A stretch of DNA of 29,635 bases from Paramecium tetraurelia. Lineage: Eukaryota. Below, one piece after another: positions 12,797 through 25,135 of the stretch; positions within the stretch are counted from its first letter, which is position 1; every line of letters begins with the position of its first letter. The position numbers and the translations under genes were made by a program. The notes under the pieces were generated by a model that was given only the letters and a program-made list of their open reading frames with translations, made no database searches and had not been told where the DNA came from. Where the stretch lies: the NCBI GenBank assembly GCA_000165425.1, contig CT868430.1, positions 434,001 through 463,635 on the forward strand, given 5' to 3'.

Positions 12797-13206
12797 TCAT
12801 TTTTTTGTTGCCTTTTTCTTAGGTATTCGTGACTGATGTTCTCCTTTCTAAATATTCAAATGTAAGTACTCCTCTACGTAATTACTCTTTGATTGAAAAT
12901 ATATATTTTCTCACCTTTGGAGGTATGCCCTTCTCTTTCATTTATATCTACATATAAATAACAAAGTACTCTATCTGCTTCAAATAATTCAGTCAGCTTT
13001 TCAAATTTATCTCCATAATCGGAGCAGCCCTTTCCGATTCTTAACATGAATTGTTCGACTGGCCAATCTGGTATGGCTAAGTTGTATCCTGGTGGTGGAA
13101 ATATTGGAGTAATTGTTCTCCTTCTCATAGCAGGCTACTATAGCAAAGTTGTCTTGAAGAATCTGCTAACAAAATTTAATTGCTAATTTCTCAATATAGA
13201 AATCAT
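12797..13206 (-). CDS. Mitochondrial small ribosomal subunit protein mS41 (FYV4/IGR domain)
   Basis: Transit-peptide-like MISILRNQQLNFVSRFFKTTLL, then VEQFMLRIGKGCSDYGDKFEKLTELFEADR|IQMKEKGIPPKVRKYI (IGR motif); 22-nt intron 12948-12969. The 3' end is ambiguous: TGA 12799-12797 needs removal of 1 nt at ~12826, and as written the frame runs to 12666. Confidence 0.8.
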
Positions 13207-13713
13207 AATTAATATATTTTCGATTTTATTTCTAAAAATCTCTTTATCTTAAATTCTTTCTACTCCTCTTCTTTTTTTTTGGTATTATGCTCTAATCTCA
13301 AAGAATATGATCTGTTCTTTTGTATAATCTGCTTCTTAGGGATTCGTTAACTCCTCATTCGATATATATTCTCTATAAAATCTGCTGCTTCATTTCCATA
13401 ATTCATTTTCATTACATTCCCAAAAGGAGTTGAAGGTCTACTCTAAGATATTTGGTTACTTGTTCCTGAGTCCATAAACAAAAGTATCTTCTGGCAAATT
13501 TACAGTCTTTGACTTTTTATGATGCGAAGTGTTCCCATACTGCCAATCAGATGTAATTTCTTTCATCCCAATCCCATCTCTATTTATCTTCTTCCCATAT
13601 TAATAACTGGAATCAGGTAGATCTGATACAGAAGGCTTTGCTTTTCCCACATCTCCTCTCAACAATAAAATATTGTTGGTTTTATTTATCAAATAAGGTA
13701 AAATAGTTGACAT
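13203..13713 (-). CDS. CFAP77: Cilia- and flagella-associated protein 77 family (~162 aa)
   Basis: NILLLRGDVGKAKPSVSDLPDSSYQYGKK...FVYGLRNK|PSTPFGNVMKMNYG...FKIKRFLEIKSKI; 22-nt intron 13438-13459; TGA 13205-13203. An in-frame upstream ATG exists at 13875. Confidence 0.8.
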
Positions 13714-14199
13714 AAAAATAATAAAATTTTCATATATCTGATTAACAAATGTATTAATTTAACTAATTTAATTCTTTTCCATAAAATCTATCATCAGAAG
13801 GGGGTAATTATTAGGAGTGCTTAATTATTTTCTTAATTTCTCTACATTAGTGCTCTTCTAACGATCCCTACTCATCTTTTTCTAAATAATAATAAATATC
13901 ATTATGTAATAATTTTAGAATAGTCTTTGTTTTTCCGTAAAATAACCAATCTAAACATTATTTTTTATTCGTAATTATTGTTCTTAAAAGGATTAGACAC
14001 ATTCAGACTAAAGCTCAATTAATATTTGGCATAATTTATTAATTCAGAGTAATTCTTAAAATATTTTCTAGTTTTAATAAATAAAAAGAGTTAATGGAAT
14101 TTAGATTTTCTTAATTTTACAGACTAACTAAAATTGAAGTTATCATTATATATATCTTAAAAACAATTTACAGGGATTATTATTATTTATAATAAATTA

Positions 14200-14718
14200 T
14201 CAATATTTTTTTAATTCTGGTATTCCTGTCCAATCAAATTATGTACCTTATTCCATAAATTCATCTAATCTATTTGCTTTATGAGCTCTTTCTAGAAGAT
14301 CCATTGCTTGATTGTATTGATAAAATCCAAATTGATATTTTTCAGCCATTTCATAAAATAGTTTTTCGGTATCCTCGCAAAGGTATTTACCTGTAAAATA
14401 AAAAGATAATAATGGTATTCCTAAGTATTTGAAGGAAAAGACAGCTGGCCTAAATACAGGGATTCTTTAAAAATTTCTGAATAATGTTTTGTTAGCAATG
14501 AAAACTACCAAAGGACTTCCAAATAATGCTAAACTAGTCCTAGCCCTATAATTTAGATAGGCAGCTGTGCACTATAAATAATCATCTTAGTTAATAAATC
14601 CAAATTGCCTATTATATTCAAAAAAGAAATTAAAAAGTTTCGCTCTATCTTCAGCAATTACTTCAAAGTGATCTTGCCTAAATTCTTCAAAATTTGTTAG
14701 TTTTCTTTGCCTATTCAT
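14200..14718 (-). CDS. Uncharacterised 172-aa protein with two hydrophobic segments (possibly mitochondrial membrane)
   Basis: Intronless code-6 ORF from ATG 14718 to TGA 14202-14200 (519 nt): MNRQRKLTNFEEFRQDHFE...SLALFGSPLVVFIA...KYLGIPLLSFYFTG...FDWTGIPELKKY. Confidence 0.85.
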
Positions 14719-14799
14719 TAAAATAATTAGAATATATATTATATTCAAAATTTTTATGATAAACTAAGATAGTATGAAATTAGTATAACTATCAAGCAG

Positions 14800-15520
14800 T
14801 CTCATTATCTATTTCTTGTGCTTTTGAATATTCAGCTAATGATAGATCCATTTCCCAGATACTACAAGAATGAAAAAATAACATGCTTATCATAGCAGTC
14901 ACCTTTAGACGTTTTTAGAAGTTAAATAATCCATAGCCTGATATAGCTATATGGATTTTACTTTAAGAAATTCTCCAATCATATCATTGCAAATTCCTAT
15001 CTTATAGATGGGATTGATAAGAACTGGATCTAAATTTTTTGCTTAATTAGAAATCATTTAGATCTTTCTAATTCCCTTAATTTAGCAAGTCAATATCTTC
15101 AATAATCAAGGATCTAAATTTTCTCTTAAATAAATTAATTCAATTTGGAATAATCATCGCATTTTCTTTAAAGATTACAGGAAAATTTTTTTGGTAAGAG
15201 ATAAGAGCTTTTTGATTTGACCTTAATTTGTTCTCAAAAACTTTCCCAAGTTAAATTCCAAAGATGTTTATTATTTGTCACAATTTAATCTGGTGGCAAT
15301 CTTTTCATACTTTTTATTTTATTATTCTCCATAATGGCTAAAATTGATTTTTGGGGGTAATTTCTCACAATGAAGCACCAACAGAGTAAAACCTAAGTGT
15401 TACTTGATGTTGGAACAATATTGAATGTTTTGATAGTTAATTAGTCAGGAGGATGATTACCAGCTTATTTTGAAATAAAATATTATGGTTTTTGATGCAA
15501 ATACATCTTAACTGTATTCG
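14800..15520 (-). pseudogene. Probable decayed gene remnant
   Basis: Coding-like fragments (FENKLRSNQKLLSLTKKIFLQSLRKCDDY; CNDMIGEFLK followed by intron-like gtaaaatccatatagctatatcag) broken by TGAs and frameshifts. Boundaries approximate. Confidence 0.35.
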
Positions 15521-16011
15521 ATATATTAGTTCTGGAATATCAGATCTAATTATTTTATAATAATATGAAACTGAAAATGCAGATGTATTTAGCATTAATT
15601 ATAATCATAATTTGATATCAATTTAAGTATGAATGATAAATTTAGCAACTTAAATTTTTTATTAAAATGTATTTTCAATTATTATGAATCTATTGCAACA
15701 CCTATGTCAATTTCCTTTAACTAATTTTACATCCTGAATTAACGAGTTGGTAGTTAATAATTTTTAAAACAAAAATTATTGACTGTGTATAATTTTATGT
15801 CAATGTGAATTATATAAATTTTCTCATCTAAAATTCTAACCTTTTTAACATGATAATCAAAGAAAAATGCAAATTAAACATTTTATGAATTAATTACCAT
15901 AAATATTGCTAAATTTTGGAATCAAGAGTGACCTCTTTTATTATTGTAAATTATAGAATGATTAAATTAAAAGTTTTTAAAGTATTGATTAAAAATAAAT
16001 TAATTAAAATA

Positions 16012-17812
16012 ATGTCAGAATATGGAGCAGTCCCATTTGCACTCATGATTGTCATCGTGATTTACATTGTCATTGGAGAATACTTTAAATCGATTCACGT
16101 ATGCATGCAGTCGTGATTGCTTAGTTCCATTTAATCCATGAAACAAGTTTTGGCATAATAATAGGAATGCTTGTAGGTCTATTATTGAAATGGATGGATG
16201 AAAATGCATATGCCTAATTTGTACTAAGAATCTTATTATCTAGTTTTCATTGAATGCAACAATCTTCTTTTACTTACTTCTACCATTAATTATTTTTTCA
16301 GGAGGGTACAATCTGAAAAAGAAGCAGTTTCTGAAAAATTTTAAATATATTGTTTCTTTTGGGTTTCTGAGTACATTGATTAACTTTATAATTACATTGA
16401 CTCTGACAATAGCATTCAATTCGTGGAGTAAGAATTTGCGAATTATTAATATAGAATTGGTCAGATTGGGTACAAATTTAGATTCTCATCTTTCTTTGAG
16501 CTATGATGAGATGATCAAATATAGTGCTACGATATGCGCAACAGATTCAGTGGCAGCCCTCAATTTGATACCTTCTCAATAATATCCTAAATTATTCAGC
16601 GTTGTTTTTGGAGAAGGCATGGTTAATGATGCTGTTTCTATTATTATTTTTTAAGCAGTCACAATTTTATAGAAAAGCGGAAAATCATTTGAATGGTACA
16701 CTCCTTTCGAATTTATTGGTCGTTTCTTGGAAAATTGTATAATATCTTTATTGATTGGCCTTTTTGTTGGTTTATTTTCTACTTGGTGTTTTAAGAAGTG
16801 TAGATTTTTGACAAACAGCACTACTACTGAAACAGTATTTGCATTCTTAATGGCTTATATGGGTTATTCAATTTGTGAGATGCTCAATTTAAGCGGAGTG
16901 ATAAGTCTTTTGATGATAGGAATCATGATGAGCCATTATTAAGGATACAATATTAGTTAGTTGGGAAGAGTTACTACAAGAGTTACTTTTGAATCCTTGT
17001 CGTTAGGGGCAGAGGCATTTCTTTATGTTTTTTTGGGATTTGCCATGTGGAATCAGACTACATATTATAGTCCACTCACCTAAGATCTTTATTACGTTGA
17101 AGTTTCCTGGGTTTTTACATTATTATAATTGGGTGTTGTAATCGTTGCAAGATATTTAAGCATATATATTGTGTACTGGATTTTCATAGCGTAAGATATG
17201 CTGTATATTTTTAGTATTAAGGGGCCAAAAGTATGGAAGTTAACCAAATATGAAATGAGTATTTGTTGTTTTGCTGGTATGGTTAGAGGAAGTGTAGCCT
17301 TCGCTTTAATCGAAACTCTTGTCGCCTCCCCTACCGATGGTATATAGATTAACTAAATTAATATACTTTAAAGTTGTGTTCTCTATATTGTTGTTGTCAC
17401 CACATTGATTTTTGGCACAGCTATGCCTTTCTTCATTAATATTTAGATTAATAAGCAATTAGAGGAAGAAGAGCGTAAATCAATTAGTGAAATTCCTACT
17501 CCTGTTCTTAATGATACTCCAAAATAGAAGGAATTAAGTGAAGCTCAAAAGATTATCAAATATATGGATGAGCATTACTTTAAAAGGTGGTTCATATACG
17601 ATTATGAAAATCGTAAAGAAAGAATTACTTAAGAAAAAAAATAAATTAAAACTGAAACTTTATAAGAAATATATGAGAAGGCATTCAGCGAAGCAAGTGA
17701 AGATGAGTCAGTCAAGTAAAGAAATGAAGATTTCATTTCTTTACCCTCTATTGAAGAGAAACCTACATCTCCATTAATTGTAAAAATGCAAGAATTATCT
17801 TAACAAATTTGA
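16012..17812 (+). CDS. Na+/H+ exchanger, CPA1 (NHE/NHX) family (~566 aa)
   Basis: FFYLLLPLIIFSGGYNLKK, ICATDSVAAL, VFGEGMVNDAVSII, LSGVISLL, AGMVRGSVAFAL; introns 16099-16124, 16221-16243, 16428-16454, 17191-17214; TGA 17810-17812. Confidence 0.95.
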
Positions 17813-18216
17813 ATATTATTTTGTTTAATTTTGTAGCCAAATGTATTGATTTCCATTTTAATTACTGTTTTCTTCAATTTAAAGTTTATTGCAAATCTTT
17901 CCCTTTTGGCTGTGTATTTATTATTAATCAGAGATGTATCTTCTATTTCATTGTTACAATCTATAGATACGTTTTAATAAATTAGATAAAATATGAGATT
18001 GTAATCAAGAAAAATTGAAAAACTTTTAGATTATATAATAAAATCTATCTTCTTTTTATATTTCTCTATGTATTTTGACGTTATACAATCTTTTGGATTA
18101 AGTAAGGTGATATCCTGATAGGTAAGTGTCGTTTTTATTATCAAACACTAGTTAGAGATATTAACATTAAACTGTAATACTAATAAAATTCGTTTTTTTA
18201 TTCATTATATATAAAA

Positions 18217-19428
18217 ATGAGAATCGTGTTTGCGTTGTTGATTAGCTTGGTATTTCGATTGATTATAATTTAGGTCTTAAGTAAATTGGCCTCAGATCCA
18301 AAAGTTGTGCTTGCAGAAATAGATAACAATCATATGGGAAAAACTTTCTTGAATGCCTTATAAATTAGTCTTGCCACAGGCTCACCTATCCATGAAATCT
18401 AAAGTTATATCAATAATATTAGGTAATAAGAATGCTATCCTTAGATTCATGTTAGAGCAAGAACAAAAGGATTCTGATCTTTATATCTAAAATACTTAAG
18501 CTTCATGTAACAGATTGCTCCATGATTTTTCTACTAATTTAGCATATCATCAAAGTTAATTGAAAGCTCATAGCAAAATTGTTGATGATAATACAAGCAA
18601 TTTGTAAAGGTCTCTAAACAAAATTGCAGAGGTCTCTGTTGAGATTGAAGAGAATTCAAAGAAAACAAATGCTGGATAAAGTGAAAGAGACTTATAATAT
18701 GCTGAGTTTTAATCTAAAATTAAGGATCACACTGAAGCTATCGCTGCTATTGATGAAGCTTATGCGTTGATTGAACATTTATCTGGAGGATCTTCATTTA
18801 TTTAAGTTAAAGGAAGATTTAATAAGGTTTTGTCGAGATTATCAAGGTAAATACTATATTTTTCTACTTAAGTTAATCAACATCAAGCGGATTGTTGTTC
18901 TAACCAATTCTCACAATGATGACTTAATTATCAGCAAAATCAGATTCTGATACAGCAAAAAAGGTTTTGCAATTGTTGTCCAACTTAAGGGTTTAAATAG
19001 TTGAAAGCAAATCTAGTGATGAAGACATCGAAAAACAGTAAAGTTTGAATTGGTAATAATTTTTGTCTGACTTAACAAACGAAAGAAACACCTTGTATGT
19101 TATTGTATTACTCATATTTAAGGTCTGATTAAAGATAAAATCTTGAATAAGCCATATTGAATTATTAAAGCATTATCGAAGAATCACAAGGAAAGGTGGA
19201 ATATCACGCAGCAGAGGTTGAGAGAAATTAAGTATTTCATTTGATTACATTTATTAGTCTAATTTAGAAGGATAGGATCAATGGTGTAGATAATAGCAAG
19301 ACATCTATTAAATGGAGACTTAATCAAGAGTTCAAACACAAGATTTGATTTCGAGAATTTCAGATCATATCTAAGACAAGATTGTCACACTAAAAGAATA
19401 TCTTAGAGAAAGGCTCTAATTAAATTGA
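18217..19428 (+). CDS. Trichocyst matrix protein (TMP/Grl-type extrusome precursor, ~361 aa)
   Basis: Signal peptide MRIVFALLISLVLS, GKTFLNALQISLATGSP, two coiled-coil halves each with a Cys, central SSFIQ motif; introns 18250-18273, 18423-18444, 18847-18872, 19095-19122, 19232-19257; TGA 19426-19428. Confidence 0.9.
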
Positions 19429-19826
19429 GATTAAAGCATTTCATATTATATTATCAATTAATTCAAAAATTAACAACTTAGATGTCAAAATTAAAAGAAG
19501 TAGTTAAAATGCAAGGTTTAATTCATCTACTAAGCTATATAGATAATCTGGTTTCCAAATAGATAATATATATAAAAACTTTTTGATGATAATTTATATC
19601 ATTATGTTTCTAAACTGATAAATCCATTAAAGCTCTAGTAAATGTGATAATTTTAATGTAAATTTCACTAACAGTATTAAGACTAGAAATTGATCAACTA
19701 TTAATTAATAATAACTCCCAATCAAACCAAAATAATAGATACTTATATTATCAAATTTCAGTTTTTGTTTAAGGAACAAATTTAGAGGTTGATATTCGAT
19801 ATTTTTTTTTACATAACAATTATTAA

Positions 19827-19991
19827 TCAATCAAAATCCCATTTTTCTTTCCTCTTTTTCTTCTTATCCATTAACTCGTGAATTCCCTTATTGTACATTT
19901 ATTTATTAGCCCATATGAAATAGAAGGCTAGTCCTCCAAAAAGTGATAGAATTACTGCTATCACAATAAATTAATCAGCAGAAAGAGTCAT
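19827..19991 (-). CDS. 54-aa single-pass membrane microprotein with basic C-terminal tail
   Basis: MTLSADQFIVIAVILSLFGGLAFYFIWANKQMYNKGIHELMDKKKKRKEKWDFD*; GC content above the flanks, clean ATG/TGA with AT-rich borders. Confidence 0.7.
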
Positions 19992-20063
19992 AACTTTTTA
20001 ATTAATTATATTTAGTATTAATAATCATAATTATTTATCATATAAAATAATTATAAGGCATTT

Positions 20064-21053
20064 ATGAACTAGAATTTTGTATACTAGGAATCCTCACACT
20101 ATACTCATCAAGATATTGAAATCGATCTTTCTGATTCAAATCAACATAATTTTTACATATCCCTTTCCAATTAATCCCCAAATTCTAATAATACATCCTA
20201 ACAAGAATGTGACTTCGATTATAATTATGAAGATGAATCTCTTAGTTCATCAAAAATTGTCAAGAAATAATAAGCATTTGAAAATTTTTCTAAGTCTAAA
20301 TAGTTGTATTAGTACAACTCAAATATATAAATCACATTATTCGATAACAATTATAGAAATCCATTGATTCCTTTAGAGCGGAATTAAAAGACCGTTCATT
20401 TCAATTTAGAAAATAATAAAATATCATTAATTACTAATTTTGATACAGATTATTATATGAGCTTTGAAGAACGAAAGTCATTATATAAGCCATTTTCTAT
20501 CTATAAATAATAGCTACTTTTGGAGGAAGAAGATTTCTTAGAAGATGAGGATGATGAATAATTTATGTAGTTCCAAAATACTTCAATTAAAGTAATAGCT
20601 GTTAGAGATAAAAGTCTTAAAGGAATTTTGAAATAGAATAATAAAAAAGTAGAAATATTAAAATAAAATGAATACTTGGTGATGAATATTGTGCAACAAA
20701 AATTCTCCATTGCATAAGAAACTACTGTGACTGAGCGAGAAAAATAATAACTAGAGAAGAAAATCGAAGATCATCAATATGGAATGGGACTAAAATTCTT
20801 AAAAAAATATGGATTTGAATGTGGGTCTGGCTTAGGTTTAAAGAAGTAAGGAATTTTAGAACCAGTTTAGGCATAAAAATTAAGTAATTTTTCACAAAAT
20901 GTAAAATAACAATAGACATGTATGTCAAATATTGGTTGTGCAAATCGGAAAAAAAGAAGAATAGAGTTGATTGCAGTCTCTGATGATGAGTAAGATAAAG
21001 GGTAGAGCGGTTATTAAATAAAATTTCCTTAGATAAGTTAGAAAAGTGGTTGA
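20064..21053 (+). CDS. G-patch domain protein (329 aa)
   Basis: Intronless code-6 ORF; QYGMGLKFLKKYGFECGSGLGLKKQGILEPV is a canonical G-patch. Also an acidic tract and an NLS-like RKKRR. Confidence 0.9.
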
Positions 21054-21264
21054 TATTAATGAAATTTTCAATTTTAATTATTTTTTGATTGACAGTATAT
21101 CGAAAATTAAATTCTAGTAATTTGTCCCTTCTTCATTGAATAATTATTGATTCTATACTGCTTACAATCTTTTAAATATTTATGATATTTTAACAGCAAA
21201 CAAATTTATGAATATATAATAACAAATTTTTCTTTGATAATGAATTTAATACAAATAAAGGTAA

Positions 21265-23047
21265 TCATTACTGAAATTATTCATATTAAATCAGTGAGTC
21301 ATCTGTTTTTAAAGAGTTAACATGTTAAAGCAAGTATTAATGACCTTAAAGGATATTTTAATAATTTTTTTAAAGTTCGCTTAGAAATTATTTTTCTTTA
21401 ATGAAATGTAAAGTCAATAAAATATCAGAAACAATTGTTATTTAATCAATTTTAGTTATTTTTAATTCACAAATCCTTTAAATCATTTATTTTATCAAAT
21501 AATTTTTCTACTATTTCGTTAACAATGTCTAAAATAGAACAAATTACCTCAATAATTTTATATAATTTTATGATTTTTATGATTGAGATTGATTCTCATC
21601 AATATTATTGTCTTCTTAAACTTTTTTTTGTCTCAGAAAATTACTAGATTGCATATCTTTCTTGTGAATCAATTTTACTTCATAATTGAAATTATTTTTA
21701 GAATCCATCTATTTTTTTAATTATTTTTGGATATTATAATTTTCATAACTTTTAAGGACTCTGTATATTTTGAGATTTCTACAAATTGCAATTTTTGAGA
21801 ATTCCTCAACAGGATAATTATTGTTAATTAAAAGCATTACTGCACCCAAGTTATCATATCTAGCTGCCATCATAAATAAATCATCTGCTTCAATCCTATA
21901 ATGTTTTAGCATATTAGATAGCAACCAATTCTTAGCTTATTTCATTGAAATAATTACATTTTTATATGGCTAAGTGAATAGGCGATTAGCCATAAATATT
22001 AAAGTTCATTTAAATATTTAACTATTTTGCCTTCATAATGATTTTTGCATTGATGTCGTCATAATCGCATTTATTTAAATAATGCAGAGGAGAATTTCCG
22101 TACACATCCTAAGTGAATAAGGAGGAATTCAATTTTGGATAGATTAGATTAATAATTGTAGGCAGATTATTTTCTAATGCGAAAGAAAGAATATTTCCTT
22201 AAGCATAGCTTCCTAATTCTAACTAGGCTCCTAATTCTATAAGATGTCTAACGGAAAACAAATTGTCTGTTTTTAAAGATAAACTTAGCGCTGTATCTCC
22301 ATTTTCGTTTAAAATATTAATATCCATAATTGCTGCCAAGCTGCTCAAAACCCCCAGATCCTATGCTAATGATGCTTCGATAATTTTATTTTACAACTAC
22401 TTCTTACTAAACATTTTTAGAAAGTCAATACAATTAACTGATTGGTTTGTTAATAAATTTATGTAAGGTTAAGTTTAAATCTAGGTTAGAGGTGGTTCAG
22501 TATACTTAAACCAATCTAATTCCAACTTTTTTATGCTTTTAGGCAACTGAGGTAAAATCGTGAATTCATTTGCAAAAATATATAATTCTTCTAATTAATG
22601 CCCAAAATTGAATTCTTGTAATTTGTTTTAAGAAAGATCCAGGACTTTTACATTTTCCCCTGCCTTATAATGTAATAAAAGATTATTCTTTAAAGATAAA
22701 ACTTCCACATCTATTACAGGAGCTACTTTTATAAAATTTCCTTCCAATTTCAAAACTCTTAACTTTTACATCTTAAAAATTTCATCTGGCACAGTTTTTA
22801 AACGACATTCTTTTAATTCCAAAATTTCAATCATATATTGATTTTGTAAAGACTTGGTGATTTATTTTATATCAGCTTCCTGCAATTACAAAATATATTT
22901 AGTTGATTAATTAGGAGAAGTTACTACTTAAACTTAGCATTAAGGCAAGTCATCAATTTCAACTTGAAGCTTTTTTTTTTTGAAAAATTCCTTTTGCTTT
23001 GATGTGTAAATGGTCTGTTATTTGATCAAAAAATCAATGTTATTCAT
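21265..23047 (-). CDS. Leucine-rich repeat + ankyrin repeat protein (~586 aa)
   Basis: LRRs (LRVLKLEGNFIK, VLSLKNNLL, VKVLDLSQNKLQ) then ankyrins (NENGDTALSLS, DVYGNSPLHY, YGQSPIHLAI); 22-nt intron 21936-21957 is required by the frame; TGA 21267-21265. Confidence 0.85.
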
Positions 23048-23515
23048 AATAAATAAAATAATTTGTATTTTATTGATATGCACAATTATTAAAAATGAAA
23101 AAGAGTGATTGAATTGATAACTAGAAATTTGAAGTTAGCATGAAGTTTCTTTTCATATTTTGTTAATAATTTTTAATTATAATCAAAAAATTACAGAAAT
23201 AGGGTGCTTGATTTTAGCTGCTGTCCTAAAGTTAATCAGCCTTTTGCAAATAATTTTGATTGAGTTCAAAAATCTATAAAGACTTATCCACCATACTATT
23301 TTAATCTGATGTGATTACACTTAATATTTCTAGGATATTCACTAAGTTGTTTGAGTGACTGCCATCAAATCAAAAATGTATAATTAAATAATATAAGATA
23401 TAAAAAAACCTTCTTTAAAGAGTTATGCATATGAAAAATTAGAGTCATTATAATATCATCACTTAAAATATTTTTTTCATTACAATATTAATTTTCTTAA
23501 AATATTTTTTAGATT

Positions 23516-23951
23516 ATGTCAAATTAAGCTAGAACTTGGGTTGATTAAGTTGAAGATTCTGTGTCAGGAGTGGCCAATTCCATTAAGGAAAATGTTAAAT
23601 AACCAATTTGTAATGCGATAAACCAAATTCCTTTTGATGATTGGAAAAATAATTTTTATCAGCCATTACGCAACAAATATGACTAATGGCCGGAAAGATT
23701 TACTTAATTCAAATAAAATAATATATTAAATTTAGGAAATGAAAATCAAAGGCTAATTTTTCTTGGGTTAAGTACCTTAGCTATTGTATCCATTACAAAA
23801 GGATGTATAACAAATATGTATAGCTTATATAGTTTCATCTGGATTAATGCCCATTGTGAGAAATTCTGTTGTGACTTATTTTGGTTTGGGATTAGTAGTA
23901 GCCCCAGAAATCTATAATCCATTATTGGTCAAGAAAAATCAAAATAAATGA
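23516..23951 (+). CDS. Uncharacterised 135-aa protein with C-terminal hydrophobic hairpin (possibly mitochondrial membrane)
   Basis: ATG 23516, 28-nt intron 23805-23832, TGA 23949-23951; LIFLGLSTLAIVSITKG...VVTYFGLGLVVAPEIYNP. Confidence 0.8.
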
Positions 23952-23979
23952 AATATACAATAAATATATAAATAAAATT

Positions 23980-24380
23980 ATGTTATCACCACCGTAGAAT
24001 TTTTTTAAAATATTGAGTCAGTTCACGTTCTGATCGTTTGAGAAACGCAGGCTTAATAGGATGGTGATATATCCTGTAAGTGATATAAATTTTGATTAAG
24101 AGAAACAACTCTAAATTAGGTAGAAATAACAATCTATATCAAAATAATTTACATTTGGTCTTATTTCATAAGTCTAATGAAGCGCCAAAAGTAATTAAAG
24201 AGTGGTGTTAACCAAACATTACAAATATTTTTGATATAAGTTAAAATTGTTATTTGAAATTTAGTTCTCTGATATCTAATGGGATAAAGAGAGCTTTTTA
24301 ATTTTCTAAATTGCTAATACTAATTATATTTAAACAATATTCTGGACCTAGAAAATCAACAAATTGATAGATAAAATGAA
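23980..24380 (+). pseudogene. Possible decayed gene remnant
   Basis: ATG 23980 opens a coding-like frame (MLSPPQNFFKILSQFTF*SFEKRRLNRMVIYP...) interrupted by several TGAs. Confidence 0.3.
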
Positions 24381-24549
24381 TTGATTTTGAAATTTATATA
24401 TTTAGTTGCTAAGTTTAAAAATATTGCAACAAAGTAATCTAGAATTTGCAGTTGATATAATAGAAATAAAAAGTGTCTACTGTTTGAATAAAACTAGTGA
24501 TTAATTTAACTCTACTTTATTATCTGAAAGAATTGATTTAAATATTAAA

Positions 24550-25083
24550 TATCATAATTTATTAAACTTGGTAATAAATATACTTATATTTAACAAATAG
24601 ATTTAAATTTTACCAACACATTGCAATTAATTATTTGAGATATTTGAATTGAAATATTAGATTAGCAACCAAATTACATTAGAAATTTCTTAATACATCA
24701 AAATTTCAACTATAACATGATAAAGAATGAAAAAAGAAAAAACACAATATTTCCTTCACTCTCTATAGAGGTTTTTTTTCATAATATCGATATGATTGTT
24801 GATTAAGTACAAGCTTTCAGATTAAAATACTATGATTTCTGTTTATCGTTTTCATAATACATACTCAGGTATTATTTAGTTACATTTAATAATGTTAATC
24901 TCTTTATATCGTCAATAAATTCACCTTAATTCTGTCTAATGAGTGTTTTACATACTTTCATTTTTATCTCATCCAATATATAATATATATAAAAATTATT
25001 CTAGCAAATAAAATAATAAGACTTACCTTGGATTAATTATTATTTGGTTGCAACTTATAAAGAATTCATAGGCTAATCTTCAT
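24550..25083 (-). pseudogene. Probable decayed gene with a preserved intron
   Basis: ATG 25083, canonical 26-nt intron 25001-25026 (gtaagt...ctag), multiple in-frame TGAs. Confidence 0.4.
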
Positions 25084-25135
25084 TTTTTTCCCATTATAGA
25101 TTCTATTTTAGAGATTTTAAATATTTAAATAATAA

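Noticed and set aside
18005..18205. ~67-aa minus ORF starting 11 bp from the TMP ATG
   Set aside because: No domain support and broken frames downstream; more likely a pseudogene remnant.
23881..23892. Telomere-like ttggtttggg
   Set aside because: A single unit inside a CDS (FGLG codons); there is no telomeric array in the window.
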